Source: Candidatus Hydrogenedentota bacterium (GTDB lineage: Bacteria > Hydrogenedentota > Hydrogenedentia > Hydrogenedentales > SLHB01). From it: 32,610 bases of DNA. Within the stretch, counting starts at the first letter, position 1; every line of letters begins with the position of its first letter. The stretch spans positions 1 through 32,610 of the forward strand of contig JAWXCN010000054.1 in assembly GCA_034408725.1 (NCBI GenBank), in the 5' to 3' direction. Shown piece after piece: positions 1-9,606 of this stretch. Below the pieces are notes generated by a model. The model searched no databases, was not told where the DNA came from, and saw only the letters and a list, made by a program, of their open reading frames with translations. Position numbers and translations under genes: made by a program.

Positions 1-1059
1 AGCCAGAATAATCTTGAAGCAACGGTGCGGCGCGCATTCGATTTGGGGATCAACCACTTCGAGACCGCGCGGGGTTATGGAACTAGCGAGTTCCAATTGG
101 GGAAAATCCTGCCTCAGTTGCCGCGGGATCAGATTATCGTTCAAACAAAAGTTGCTCCTGCGGCGAACCCCAAAGAGTTCGAGGACGTGTTCAACTATTC
201 GATGGAGCTGTTGCAACTCGAGTATGTCGATCTCTTTGCGTTTCATGGCGTCAACAACGACACGATCCACGAGCACACCAAGCGATGCCTTGATACCGCG
301 CTGCGCTGGAAGAAGGAAGGGCGTGTCCGGCACGTCGGCTTCTCAACCCACGCCTCGACCCAATGCATTCTGAATACCATTGCACTGGACGAGTTGGACT
401 ATGTGAACCTCCATTGGTACTACGTGTTCCAGGACAATTGGCCCGCCGTCGTGGAGGCGAATAAACGCGACATGGGCGTGTTCATTATCAGTCCGAACGA
501 TAAAGGCGGGTTGCTCTATAAAGAAACCCAAAAAATGGCGGGCCTCACTGCGCCATATCATCCAATGGTATTCAACGGATTGTTCTGCCTCGCACGGCCC
601 GAAGTGCATACCCTAAGTTGTGGGGTAGCACGGCCCACGGATTTTGACGTTCACCTGCAAACCGCCGAACTCTCCGAACGCGCCACAGAGATCGCAGCGC
701 CGATTGCCGAACGGCTCAATCAAGAGATGGAACGTATCCTTGGCCGCGAATGGCTCGACACGTGGAACGTTGGATTGCCTGAATGGGACCATACGCCGGG
801 GCACATCAACATTCCGTGGATACTCCGATTGCGCAACCTTGCGCTGGCGTTTGACATGACCGAGTATGGGAAGATGCGGTACAACCTTCTCGGGCAGGGT
901 GACCATTGGTTTCCCGGCAACAGGGCTGAAAAATTTGACGATGCGGATATTGTAGCGATATTGCGGGACTCGCCGCATCGCGATCGGATACCGGCATTGT
1001 TGGCGGAGGCGCATGGCATGTTGGCGGGGGAACAGCGCAAACGCCTCCAGAAGGATTGA
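1..1059 (+). CDS. Aldo/keto reductase family oxidoreductase, 5'-truncated by the window edge
   Basis: Frame is open from base 1 (SQNNLEATVRRAFDLG...). AKR motifs: GINHFETARGYGTSE, IIVQTK, YVDLFAFHG, GRVRHVGFSTH. Stop TGA ends at 1059. Confidence 0.9.
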   Translation, partial: SQNNLEATVRRAFDLGINHFETARGYGTSEFQLGKILPQLPRDQIIVQTKVAPAANPKEFEDVFNYSMELLQLEYVDLFAFHGVNNDTIHEHTKRCLDTALRWKKEGRVRHVGFSTHASTQCILNTIALDELDYVNLHWYYVFQDNWPAVVEANKRDMGVFIISPNDKGGLLYKETQKMAGLTAPYHPMVFNGLFCLARPEVHTLSCGVARPTDFDVHLQTAELSERATEIAAPIAERLNQEMERILGREWLDTWNVGLPEWDHTPGHINIPWILRLRNLALAFDMTEYGKMRYNLLGQGDHWFPGNRAEKFDDADIVAILRDSPHRDRIPALLAEAHGMLAGEQRKRLQKD

Positions 1060-1084
1060 TCCGGCTCCGAATCGGAATTCCGCG

Positions 1085-1816
1085 TTACTTTTTTTTTGCC
1101 GCCGCCATTATCGAAAGCCCAAATGGCATTGGCAGAAAATTCATTGCGCCGCGCTCGATAGCCAGCATTCCGGCGAAAAACGGCGACATGCCTTCACCGG
1201 AGGCGTCATTGAGGTCGGACGCCGGCAAAGGCCGGAGTTTGCGCCATAGCCGCGTGGGTAAAATGACCGGAAACAACACGCTGTTCCAATACCATGCGCC
1301 GGCAGGACTCAGTCCTGCATTGGACATCATGCGCTTCACTTCCGTGCGAGTGAACCGGTGATCGGTTTGCACGTGCGTATCGTGCGACGAATGAAGCCAC
1401 TGATACGCAGGCAAATTGATAATCATTAAACCGCCAGGTTTGAGCACGCGGCACATTTCGCGAACGGCGTCGCCCTTGTTTGCTATCGAGCGGTGACAGA
1501 CAACGTCGCACGACACGACGACGTCAAATGTGCAATCCTCGAACGGCAAGTCGAGCGCCGAGGCAGCGGCAGTGCGCTGCTCATCGCGATTCCGGCAAAA
1601 CCGTACCGCGTCGAATGCGAAGTCGATGCCATAGCAATCCGCTACGTCGCGAAACGCGGCGAGATTCGCGCCGGTTCCGCAGCCTACGTCGAGAAAACGC
1701 TGCCGCCCAGGGGGAACGTGAGCATTCCAGACGCGCCGCAGCATGGCGCGGAGCCCGTGATACCACCAATGGCGGTCTTCCACGCGAAACATGATCGCGT
1801 ATTCATCGCGTTCCAT
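1085..1816 (-). CDS. Class I SAM-dependent methyltransferase
   Basis: Motif I FLDVGCGTG, then LPFEDCTFDVV and RVLKPGG. N-terminus MERDEY...EDRHWWY resembles methyltransferases found in glycan clusters. Confidence 0.9.
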   Translation of the reverse strand: MERDEYAIMFRVEDRHWWYHGLRAMLRRVWNAHVPPGRQRFLDVGCGTGANLAAFRDVADCYGIDFAFDAVRFCRNRDEQRTAAASALDLPFEDCTFDVVVSCDVVCHRSIANKGDAVREMCRVLKPGGLMIINLPAYQWLHSSHDTHVQTDHRFTRTEVKRMMSNAGLSPAGAWYWNSVLFPVILPTRLWRKLRPLPASDLNDASGEGMSPFFAGMLAIERGAMNFLPMPFGLSIMAAAKKK

Positions 1817-1834
1817 CGTCGCCTGCCATCGGCC

Positions 1835-2935
1835 TCATAACGCAAAAAAATCATGTATGGCCGCCGCGACGGCTTCGACGCTGGCCATGTCCAATTCGGG
1901 ATACATTGGCAGCGACAAGACGTTTTCGCACGCGTGTTCGGCGACGGGGAATGCGCCAACGCCGTATCCGAGGTGTGTGTAAGCGGGGTGCAGATGCACG
2001 GGAGTTGGATAGTGAATTTGCGTGCCGATTTTGCGCTCTTCGAGAAACGCGCGCAACGCATCGCGCCGCCCGGTCCGCACGACATATAAATGATAGTTGC
2101 TATTCGCCCAGCCCTGCTCTTGAGGCAATTGCAGCGGAGCGTTCGCGAGGAGCTCGGTGTACTGTCGCGCGCGTTCGCGGCGCGCGGCGTTCCATGCGTC
2201 CAAATACGTTAGCTTGACACGCAGCACCGCCGCCTGCAACTCATCAAGCCTACTGTTCACTCCCTCGAACACGCTATGGTATCGGCGCTCCTCGCCGTAG
2301 TTGCGCAACATTTTGACGCGATCTGCGATTTGCGGATCGCTTGTCGTCACGGCCCCGCCGTCGCCGTACGCGCCGAGATTCTTGCTTGGATAAAAGCTAA
2401 AGGCCGCGGCATCGCCAAAGGTACCGCAGGGTTTGCCCTTGTACGCCGCTCCATGTGCCTGCGCGCAATCTTCGATCACCAGCAAACGGTGTGCGCGCGC
2501 GATCTGCATGATCGCGTCCATATCGCAGGAATGACCAAACAAATGGACGGGCACTATTGCGCGCGTTTCGGAAGTGATTGCCCGTTGCAGTGCCGCCGGG
2601 TCGAGCGTCAACGTCACCGGATCTACGTCCACAAAACGCGGTTGCGCTCCTGACCCGGCTATGCCGCACACCGTTGGCACGCACGTGTTGACAACGGTAA
2701 TGACTTCATCGTCCGCCTTCACGCCGGCGGCGCGCAATGCCAGGGTAATTGCATCAGTGCCCGACGCGCAGCCCGCGGCATGCGTGGCGCCCACGTACTT
2801 CGCGAACTCGGTTTCAAACGCTGCGCATTCCTGCCCGAGGATGAACCAGCCGGAGTCGAATACGCGCGCTACCGCCGCGTCGATCTCAGCTTTGATCGAA
2901 AGATACTGTGGTTTTAATTCGGCGAACGGTATCAT
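1835..2935 (-). CDS. DegT/DnrJ/EryC1/StrS family PLP-dependent sugar aminotransferase
   Basis: [47 protein letters not shown] (PLP lysine), [17 protein letters not shown]. Confidence 0.95.
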   Translation of the reverse strand: MIPFAELKPQYLSIKAEIDAAVARVFDSGWFILGQECAAFETEFAKYVGATHAAGCASGTDAITLALRAAGVKADDEVITVVNTCVPTVCGIAGSGAQPRFVDVDPVTLTLDPAALQRAITSETRAIVPVHLFGHSCDMDAIMQIARAHRLLVIEDCAQAHGAAYKGKPCGTFGDAAAFSFYPSKNLGAYGDGGAVTTSDPQIADRVKMLRNYGEERRYHSVFEGVNSRLDELQAAVLRVKLTYLDAWNAARRERARQYTELLANAPLQLPQEQGWANSNYHLYVVRTGRRDALRAFLEERKIGTQIHYPTPVHLHPAYTHLGYGVGAFPVAEHACENVLSLPMYPELDMASVEAVAAAIHDFFAL

Positions 2936-3672
2936 TTTTCGGCATTCTTGCGTCGAAGATGGTACAGCAGGACTTCGTGGTACCAGAGCGAACCAAGGTT
3001 TAACGCGACGCGGAACAACCGTGGGAAGTTAAAGAACTGGGACTTGCCATGCGCGCGCTGATAGTGATGCACGGGCACTTCGACAATACGGAAACCGGCG
3101 CGCGTGATGCGCATCATCATCTCTGCGCAGATGACGCCACTGCTGTGTTTGAGCTGGACCGTATCAAACACGTTGCGCCGGATCAGGCGAAAATCACAAT
3201 CAGTATCGCAGATTTTCATCCCGAACATCGTGCGCACCAGCCAGTGATAGACGCGGCCAATGACAATCCGGTGCACCGGGTCGTGCCGCTGGATTTTGTA
3301 CCCCTGCACCACGTCGACGTCCGGGCCAGCTTTTTCGACGAGCAACGCAAGCTCGCGCACGTCGTACTGCGCGTCACCGTCGGTATAGAAAATCCAGTCT
3401 TTTGTGCCGGATGCAAACCCGGATTTGAGCGCGCCGCCATAACCCCGATTGGTTTCGTGTCGCAGGATATGAACGTTCGGGAATTCTGTCGCGATGTCGT
3501 CAAGGAGTTTCTGTGTCAATGGATCACTGCCGTCGTCCACGATCGTGACGTCGTAGTCGATGCCAAGATTCTCTGCGGTCTTCAGCGTGATGAGCACCAT
3601 ACTGCCCATCGTCCCCCAGTCGTTGTAGCAGGGATAAAAAATGGAGACAGAGGGCTTGGCGTCTCTGTTCAT
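2932..3672 (-). CDS. GT2 glycosyltransferase, polyprenol-phosphate sugar transferase (DPM1/ArnC-like)
   Basis: [53 protein letters not shown]. Start set at ATG 3672 because it forms an ATGA overlap with the upstream stop; a second ATGA overlap joins it to the aminotransferase at 2932-2935. Confidence 0.9.
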   Translation of the reverse strand: MNRDAKPSVSIFYPCYNDWGTMGSMVLITLKTAENLGIDYDVTIVDDGSDPLTQKLLDDIATEFPNVHILRHETNRGYGGALKSGFASGTKDWIFYTDGDAQYDVRELALLVEKAGPDVDVVQGYKIQRHDPVHRIVIGRVYHWLVRTMFGMKICDTDCDFRLIRRNVFDTVQLKHSSGVICAEMMMRITRAGFRIVEVPVHHYQRAHGKSQFFNFPRLFRVALNLGSLWYHEVLLYHLRRKNAEK

Positions 3673-5444
3673 CGGCGCAACTCTACGATCTTGTACCGGC
3701 CAAACTGTGCGCGGGGCTCGAGCGAGTTCCATTCACCGGCGTCGCTAGTTGCGTCGATGATGAACCCTTTTGCACCCGGCGCGTCTGCGGGCCGTTTCAC
3801 GCGCTGCACCGGCTCCTCCAAACACAAATTGAACAGCCGTTCGACGGTGTATTGGGTCGTTGCGACCGTGCCGCTCTCGTACGTCGATTGGACGTGGTCT
3901 AACATTGCGTATTCGCTCCTCATTTCTTCGCGCTGGAATGTCGCGGCAACCCGCGGAAGCGAATTCCATAGCACCAAAGCCGCGATAATGGCGCACGCGA
4001 CCCCGCCCGTCAATCGCGCAGCCATCGACACAGAATTTAATTGCATGCGTATTCCCTTGAAAAATTGGGCGCCAACGAAAGCAGCGCCCAAAGCCAGGCT
4101 GTACCACAAGTACCGCGGATGATTACCGGTGGTGAAGAATACCCACCAAAAGGTGTTGAGTCCAGCAAAAAGTGCAAGGAAGAGCAGGGCAGGGGAATAA
4201 TGCGTGCGCACCGCGAGCAAACCCATTCCGGCGGTTCCCACGACAAGAAAGAGCGCGCCGGGCATAGCGTGTGCCGTCAACCAGCCGAGAGTTCGGGCGA
4301 GAGATTCCGTTCCAAAGAGAAAGTTGTGCTGATATTCACTCACGTACGCCGACGTCGAGTCTGCGCCGTGGGGGCCGTATATGCTTGTAATTGACAGCCA
4401 TGAAATCAATACGCTCAATGCCACTGTCGCCGGAACGAGCACGTGCGCCGGACGAATTTTTTTGTGCGTACGCCGATCAAAGATTAGTACGCCGAGCGCG
4501 GGCCATACGGCGATCACGAGAAAATATTTCGTCACCAACGCGCAACCCAAAAGCATGCCGCTCGCGACACCCCACGTGATAGCACGCGGACTTCCCAGTG
4601 CGCGTTGCCATGCCAACAGTCCCGCGATGAGAAACGCCAGCGCCGGCGCCTCTCCATATACAGTGCGCGCGAGATATATCGAGCCGGGTGCGGCAAGGAG
4701 CAGTAACGCGCCGCACAATCCCGCCCCCGCGCCAAGCGTGGACGCCAATAGCTTGTACACGAGCGCCGTAAGCAAGACATAGAAACCAGTCATGACGATA
4801 CGGCCCGCGTCGATACGCGTTCCCTTGTACCACATCGCGAGTGAGACCGGAACAATTACCGTCGGGCCGACGCTGTCATAATCGTCGAACCAGCGAAATC
4901 CGGTCGCGGGCATGCCAGAGCCGTAGACCCCATGCACCGCGAGGTTTCGCGCGACGATGAGATGATGCGCTTCATCGGGTTCGAGATGCGGATATTGGGT
5001 GAGCCTAATTCCTGAGACCGTTCCAACGAAGAGCAAGATGATCGCAAGCCAGCGTAAGGCGGCGGGATTCGCCTTTTCCACGGGTTTGGGTTTTGGTTCC
5101 TGAATGATGATCGACGGAACGGTGTTGAAACGTAATAGCCACCAAAGACTTGTCACAAGAATCACTGTGAATGCGATTGCCTTCACAACCAGTTTCGGCC
5201 CTGAGAAGGTTGGAACGGAATCGATAAGCGCCGCATGCGCCAGCAATCCCCATGACGCACTCGCCCCGAACCCCGCGCATACAAACGCGCTCAGAACCAA
5301 AAACTGAAACAATCCCCGCAAGAGGTTGCCCAAGGATTCGGTCTCAGCGCCTCCCCCAGATTGAGTCAAATATAAAGCCTCCCCGTCCAAAATCATTCTA
5401 TCTCGCGCAGGACTTCGGAATGAATCCCCAAACGGTCCCATCAT
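3669..5444 (-). CDS. GT-C fold membrane glycosyltransferase (ArnT/PMT-like); start uncertain (5450/5444/5441 or later)
   Basis: Many hydrophobic helices. First-loop EPDEAHH acidic motif, ARTVYGE, LVTKY and PRYL motifs typical of PMT_2/ArnT-like proteins. Confidence 0.82.
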   Translation of the reverse strand: MMGPFGDSFRSPARDRMILDGEALYLTQSGGGAETESLGNLLRGLFQFLVLSAFVCAGFGASASWGLLAHAALIDSVPTFSGPKLVVKAIAFTVILVTSLWWLLRFNTVPSIIIQEPKPKPVEKANPAALRWLAIILLFVGTVSGIRLTQYPHLEPDEAHHLIVARNLAVHGVYGSGMPATGFRWFDDYDSVGPTVIVPVSLAMWYKGTRIDAGRIVMTGFYVLLTALVYKLLASTLGAGAGLCGALLLLAAPGSIYLARTVYGEAPALAFLIAGLLAWQRALGSPRAITWGVASGMLLGCALVTKYFLVIAVWPALGVLIFDRRTHKKIRPAHVLVPATVALSVLISWLSITSIYGPHGADSTSAYVSEYQHNFLFGTESLARTLGWLTAHAMPGALFLVVGTAGMGLLAVRTHYSPALLFLALFAGLNTFWWVFFTTGNHPRYLWYSLALGAAFVGAQFFKGIRMQLNSVSMAARLTGGVACAIIAALVLWNSLPRVAATFQREEMRSEYAMLDHVQSTYESGTVATTQYTVERLFNLCLEEPVQRVKRPADAPGAKGFIIDATSDAGEWNSLEPRAQFGRYKIVELRR

Positions 5445-5666
5445 AAACACTGTATTCCCTTATACGAAAAGGAGAATGGAATGGCCCGATATGCGAAATT
5501 CCATTAAATATCCTTGAATTAATCGGGAGGTATCGGGTTGTCGCTTCGCTGACCTCAATGCAACATGACGAACCAAATATATAAAGAATGTCATCCGGCG
5601 TCATAATTGAAGTGTTGGCGAAGTAATAGACATGAATACCGCCCACATTTTCATTATCCTTTCCCC

Positions 5667-8540
5667 ATGAAACGAAAACTGATTCGCATGAAGAACGCGT
5701 TCATCAAAATCGCGTGTGTGCTCATTCTCGCGTTCCAATGCATTACATACGCCGAAGAAGGACTTCTTCTACATTATGCATTCACGGACGGAACAGGAGA
5801 ACTGCTGCACGACAGCAGCGGCGCGGGTCTTGATGGCACGCTAAAGGGCGGCGCGTCCTGGGTGGAAGGCCTGCCTTTCGGCGCAATCTCCTTTAATGGC
5901 GTTGACGCAGTTGTCGAAGGGCCATCCGGTCTGACGATTGGCGGCGCCGGCACGCTGGAAGTCTGGTGCCATCCACGAGTTTTTGGGGGCGGACTCATCT
6001 CCTGGCACTACGAACACCCGGCGACGCCCAAGCCGATCTCACTCTATTTCGATGTGTATACCTACAATCGCTTAATCGCCTCAATGTCGGAATGGAAGAA
6101 CGACCCCATCACCGGGAACAACCCGTATACACAATGGAACGCCGCGCTCACCACCGTGATCGAGGGGCACGACCAACCCGCGGATATGTTGAATCGCTGG
6201 TCGCACTTCGCGATGACTTTCAATGATCAGGAAATTCGACTTTATCGAAACGGCAAGCTGCAAGCTTCCAAACCAATTTTTTTCGTGCCGGATACAAAGC
6301 ACGTACCATTGCGCATTGGGCAGGGGTATTTGCAGGGCATCCCTTTTTTCGACGGCATGATCGCCGAGGTTCGGATATACAGCAGGGCGCTTTCTGAAAA
6401 TGAAATAAAAACGCACGTTAACGGCAAGGCTGATATCTTCCAGCCGAATTTGCCATATACTTTCTCCTTCATACCACGTCTTCACGTGGCAGAAGACACG
6501 CTGATGATCGAGGCAGACCTGAGCGGCCTCCCTGCGCAAAAGGCTACGATTGAAGCAAAATTGCTCTCGGGGTCCACAGAACTCCAGTCAAACAAACAAG
6601 CAATTAGCGAGTCAAAGCTGCTTTCTCTACCAATCGGCGAATTGGCGGTGGGGGAGTACGACATCGTATTCACAGTACGCGATGAAAATGGCGAAGAGTT
6701 GGTGTCATCCACCTGCCGCTGGCGCATGCCAAAGCTGGCTGGCTCTGGCGTGCGCGCATTGAACAACCTGGTCGCAGAATTGATGAATGCAACCAACCTC
6801 CCTGCGGATGCGGAGCAAACCGTAAGTTTCAACAATCCCCGGAACGGATTTGTGTTTGCTTCCTGCGAAGCAACGCTGGGCGACAACGATTCGGTGCGAA
6901 TTGATATAGGTGGAGCGCCCGAGGGCGCGGCCATAGCCATGACCTCGCAGTCGGCGTCTCCCGGCGAGACGATGTGCTTTCTCCCCGAAGGCGAAGGAAC
7001 ACTTCAAATCCGGTGCGAGGGAAAGCCGGTAATTCAGCGCATCATCGTCCGGTCCATCCCTGAGTTAATGTTTTGCGGATACCCGACAGGCGGCGGGAAA
7101 GTCGAAGGGTACGGCGCCTATGATTTCGACTTTCTCCGCGAAGACGTGCTGCCTAATATCAGCGGTATCGTAGCCATTGGCGGCGAGCGGTCCCTGCAAT
7201 TGCAGCGGTGGACTGATGAAGTAAAAGACAAGTGGAACACGTTTACGCTATGGAAAAATATGGGCCGGCGTTGGTATCAGGAATATGGCATTCCTTCGGC
7301 GAGATCGAGCTACGACTGGAAAAACGACCCACTAACGCCGGAGCAGACAATCGAATGGTGCGTCCAAAGCGACGGTTTCACTGAGCCTTCGTTCAATGGA
7401 ATCCTTGCCGACGAGTTTGCGCTTGGCGCCGATGCGCCCACTGATACCTATCCGTACCGCGATCCGCGTTACCGGACCGCGCCCTACACGGAAGCGATTC
7501 ACAGAATAGCCGCCATGCCGGAGCATAACGGCAAGAAGATGTACATGTGGTGCGGCGGCCTCGACAGGGCAGAGTCTCGCAGCCGGGAATTCGTCGAAGC
7601 GGTCATTGCGTCCGGTGGCATGCTGGCCACCGAGGAATACCTTGCCGAGCGGCCGACCGAAAACGCAGGCTTTGAGGTGCTCCACGGCGAACTGCGCACC
7701 AAGTTAGACCGCGCGACCAAAAGTTTTCCGGGACTGATCGAAAATCTGATCCTCGTCCCCAGCATCATGTCCGCTCCTCCAGAGTCAGAGAACGTCGATC
7801 CGCACGTTGATTACAAGGTGTGGATGGACATGCAAATGCACTACATGGCCACAGCGCCAGAAATGTTCGGACTCGGCGGCATCATGTGGTACAAAATCAG
7901 CTATGCTGACGAGGAGGCGGTCCGTTGGATGGGACGGCTCTTCAGGCACTATGCCATCGACGGCGAAACTGCGCCCCTTTCGCCGGCCTACCACTACAAA
8001 TACAATCCCGGCATCATCCAAAACGCGGATTTTGACGACGGACTCACTGGCTGGACCATCCGCGAATCAGAACCCGGCGCCATCACCGTCGGCGCCAACA
8101 ATAGGCTTGCCTACCACCAGGGTCGTCGAATGCTCCATACAGGAAGCAGCTTCCTGTTGCTCCGCCGTTGCGAAGCAGGACCAAACACGGCGTCTCAGGT
8201 CATTAAAAATCTGCGCGCGCGCGAACTGTACTCGGTGAAGATGCTCGCAGCCGATCACCAGGCGATGCAACAGGGAATGGACTGGACCCGGGCACCGATC
8301 GCGACACACGCACGGGTCACCATTGTTGGGGCCGAATTGCTTCCGGACCGGAGCTTTATTTCCAGTGTCGGAAGTGAGCGAGGCCCTCAAATGTTTGACT
8401 ACCATCGCCTCGTGTTTCGCGCGAATAACAGAACGGCGACACTTAAGATCTCGGATTGGGCCAGCGACGAAGCGCCGGTGGGCGCCATCGGCCAGGAACT
8501 CATGTTTAATTTCATCGAAGTGCAGCCTTATTTTGACTAA
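5667..8540 (+). CDS. Large secreted LamG (concanavalin A-like) domain protein with unassigned central and C-terminal domains; start 5667 or 5688
   Basis: Signal peptide (MKNAFIKIACVLILAFQCITYA). LamG motifs LLLHYAF..GTG..LHDSSG, WSHFAMTF, LYRNG, FDGMIAEVRIYSRALS. C-terminal IQNADFDDGLTGW resembles the start of a CBM-like sandwich. Confidence 0.82.
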   Translation: MKRKLIRMKNAFIKIACVLILAFQCITYAEEGLLLHYAFTDGTGELLHDSSGAGLDGTLKGGASWVEGLPFGAISFNGVDAVVEGPSGLTIGGAGTLEVWCHPRVFGGGLISWHYEHPATPKPISLYFDVYTYNRLIASMSEWKNDPITGNNPYTQWNAALTTVIEGHDQPADMLNRWSHFAMTFNDQEIRLYRNGKLQASKPIFFVPDTKHVPLRIGQGYLQGIPFFDGMIAEVRIYSRALSENEIKTHVNGKADIFQPNLPYTFSFIPRLHVAEDTLMIEADLSGLPAQKATIEAKLLSGSTELQSNKQAISESKLLSLPIGELAVGEYDIVFTVRDENGEELVSSTCRWRMPKLAGSGVRALNNLVAELMNATNLPADAEQTVSFNNPRNGFVFASCEATLGDNDSVRIDIGGAPEGAAIAMTSQSASPGETMCFLPEGEGTLQIRCEGKPVIQRIIVRSIPELMFCGYPTGGGKVEGYGAYDFDFLREDVLPNISGIVAIGGERSLQLQRWTDEVKDKWNTFTLWKNMGRRWYQEYGIPSARSSYDWKNDPLTPEQTIEWCVQSDGFTEPSFNGILADEFALGADAPTDTYPYRDPRYRTAPYTEAIHRIAAMPEHNGKKMYMWCGGLDRAESRSREFVEAVIASGGMLATEEYLAERPTENAGFEVLHGELRTKLDRATKSFPGLIENLILVPSIMSAPPESENVDPHVDYKVWMDMQMHYMATAPEMFGLGGIMWYKISYADEEAVRWMGRLFRHYAIDGETAPLSPAYHYKYNPGIIQNADFDDGLTGWTIRESEPGAITVGANNRLAYHQGRRMLHTGSSFLLLRRCEAGPNTASQVIKNLRARELYSVKMLAADHQAMQQGMDWTRAPIATHARVTIVGAELLPDRSFISSVGSERGPQMFDYHRLVFRANNRTATLKISDWASDEAPVGAIGQELMFNFIEVQPYFD

Positions 8541-8585
8541 CGATTGCCTGGGCCGTAAGGAATCGGCGTAGTGGACCAATTCGAC

Positions 8586-8591
8586 TATAAT
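8586..8591 (+). promoter_or_regulatory. Consensus -10 box TATAAT upstream of the HAD gene
   Basis: TATAAT at 8586-8591 in the spacer after the LamG gene. No convincing -35. It overlaps the ATG at 8590, which favours the later start. Confidence 0.4.
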
Positions 8592-8637
8592 GCGCCGTGA
8601 GCAGGAATCGCGTGGGCCGCAATTGGGAGCATCATCG

Positions 8638-9591
8638 GTGGCGGATAAGGGACTTTTTCTTCAGAACGTGATCGCGGTGATTTGGGATTTTGACAAGACG
8701 TTGTCGCCCCATTACATGCAAAAACCGCTTTTCGACGCTTACGATATCGATGAACAACTTTTCTGGGACGAAGTGAAAGCGTTGCCCGATTACTACCGGC
8801 GGGCTAACATCAGCATTCAGAGGGACACCTGCTACCTGGGACATCTGCTTGCGTACGTGCGAACGGGGCGGATGCCGGGATTAAACAATGCCAAGCTGCG
8901 TGAAATTGGCGCGGCGATCGAGTTTTACCCCGGCATTCCCAGCCTGTTTTCTTCGCTTGAAGAGGCGGCCAAACAGGATAAATATGAGGAGCATGATCTT
9001 CGGCTTGAACATTACGTTGTGAGCACGGGGCTGGTCGAAATGATTCGGGGATCGCGTGTCGCTGCCCATCTTGAGGGCATTTATGGTTCGGAATTTATTG
9101 AAGAGCCAGCCGTGCCGGGGTTTGATCCATTGGGCACGCCGAATGCCGGATTGATTAGCCAAATCGCCGGGTTTCTCGATAACACCACGAAAACGCGCGC
9201 GCTGTTTGAAATTAATAAAGGTGTGAACAAGGAACCCAGCATCAGCGTCAACGACACCATTCCCGAAGACGAACGGCGCGTCCCGTTCAAAAACATGATC
9301 TACATCGCCGATGGTCCGAGCGATATTCCATCGTTTTCTGTTGTGCGTAAACATGACGGACAAACGTGCGCTGTATATGCCAATGATACAACCCGCGACT
9401 TCAAGCAGGCGTTGGCGCTCCAGGAGAACGGGCGCGTTGCTTTTTGCGGTCCCGCGGACTATCGCGAAGGCACGCACACGTATCGATGGCTACATAACCA
9501 GATTGGCCGCATCGCCGACCGGATCATTTCGGAACGCAAAAAGACATTCAACAGCAAGGTTGGCCGCGGTCCGTCGCATTCCGCGGAATGA
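8638..9591 (+). CDS. Haloacid dehalogenase-like hydrolase
   Basis: Motif I IWDFDKT, motif II VVSTG, motif IV YIADGPSD. GTG at 8638 is preceded by GGGAG; the ORF track start is 8590. Confidence 0.85.
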   Translation: MADKGLFLQNVIAVIWDFDKTLSPHYMQKPLFDAYDIDEQLFWDEVKALPDYYRRANISIQRDTCYLGHLLAYVRTGRMPGLNNAKLREIGAAIEFYPGIPSLFSSLEEAAKQDKYEEHDLRLEHYVVSTGLVEMIRGSRVAAHLEGIYGSEFIEEPAVPGFDPLGTPNAGLISQIAGFLDNTTKTRALFEINKGVNKEPSISVNDTIPEDERRVPFKNMIYIADGPSDIPSFSVVRKHDGQTCAVYANDTTRDFKQALALQENGRVAFCGPADYREGTHTYRWLHNQIGRIADRIISERKKTFNSKVGRGPSHSAE

Positions 9592-9606
9592 AATGATCTG
9601 CGAACT

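Noticed and set aside
1060..1097. Palindrome CGGAATTCCG and T9 run as a terminator or phase-variable tract
   Set aside because: No stable stem with an adequate loop. The T run simply encodes the terminal Lys codons of the methyltransferase, so slippage would alter only the extreme C-terminus.
3049..4122. 357-aa plus-strand ORF
   Set aside because: Lies antisense to two well-supported glycosyltransferase genes, has no recognisable motifs, and is an expected shadow ORF in GC-rich DNA.
5398..5646. 82-aa minus-strand ORF in the AT-rich spacer
   Set aside because: No SD or recognisable motif, and it overlaps the probable start and promoter region of the GT-C gene.
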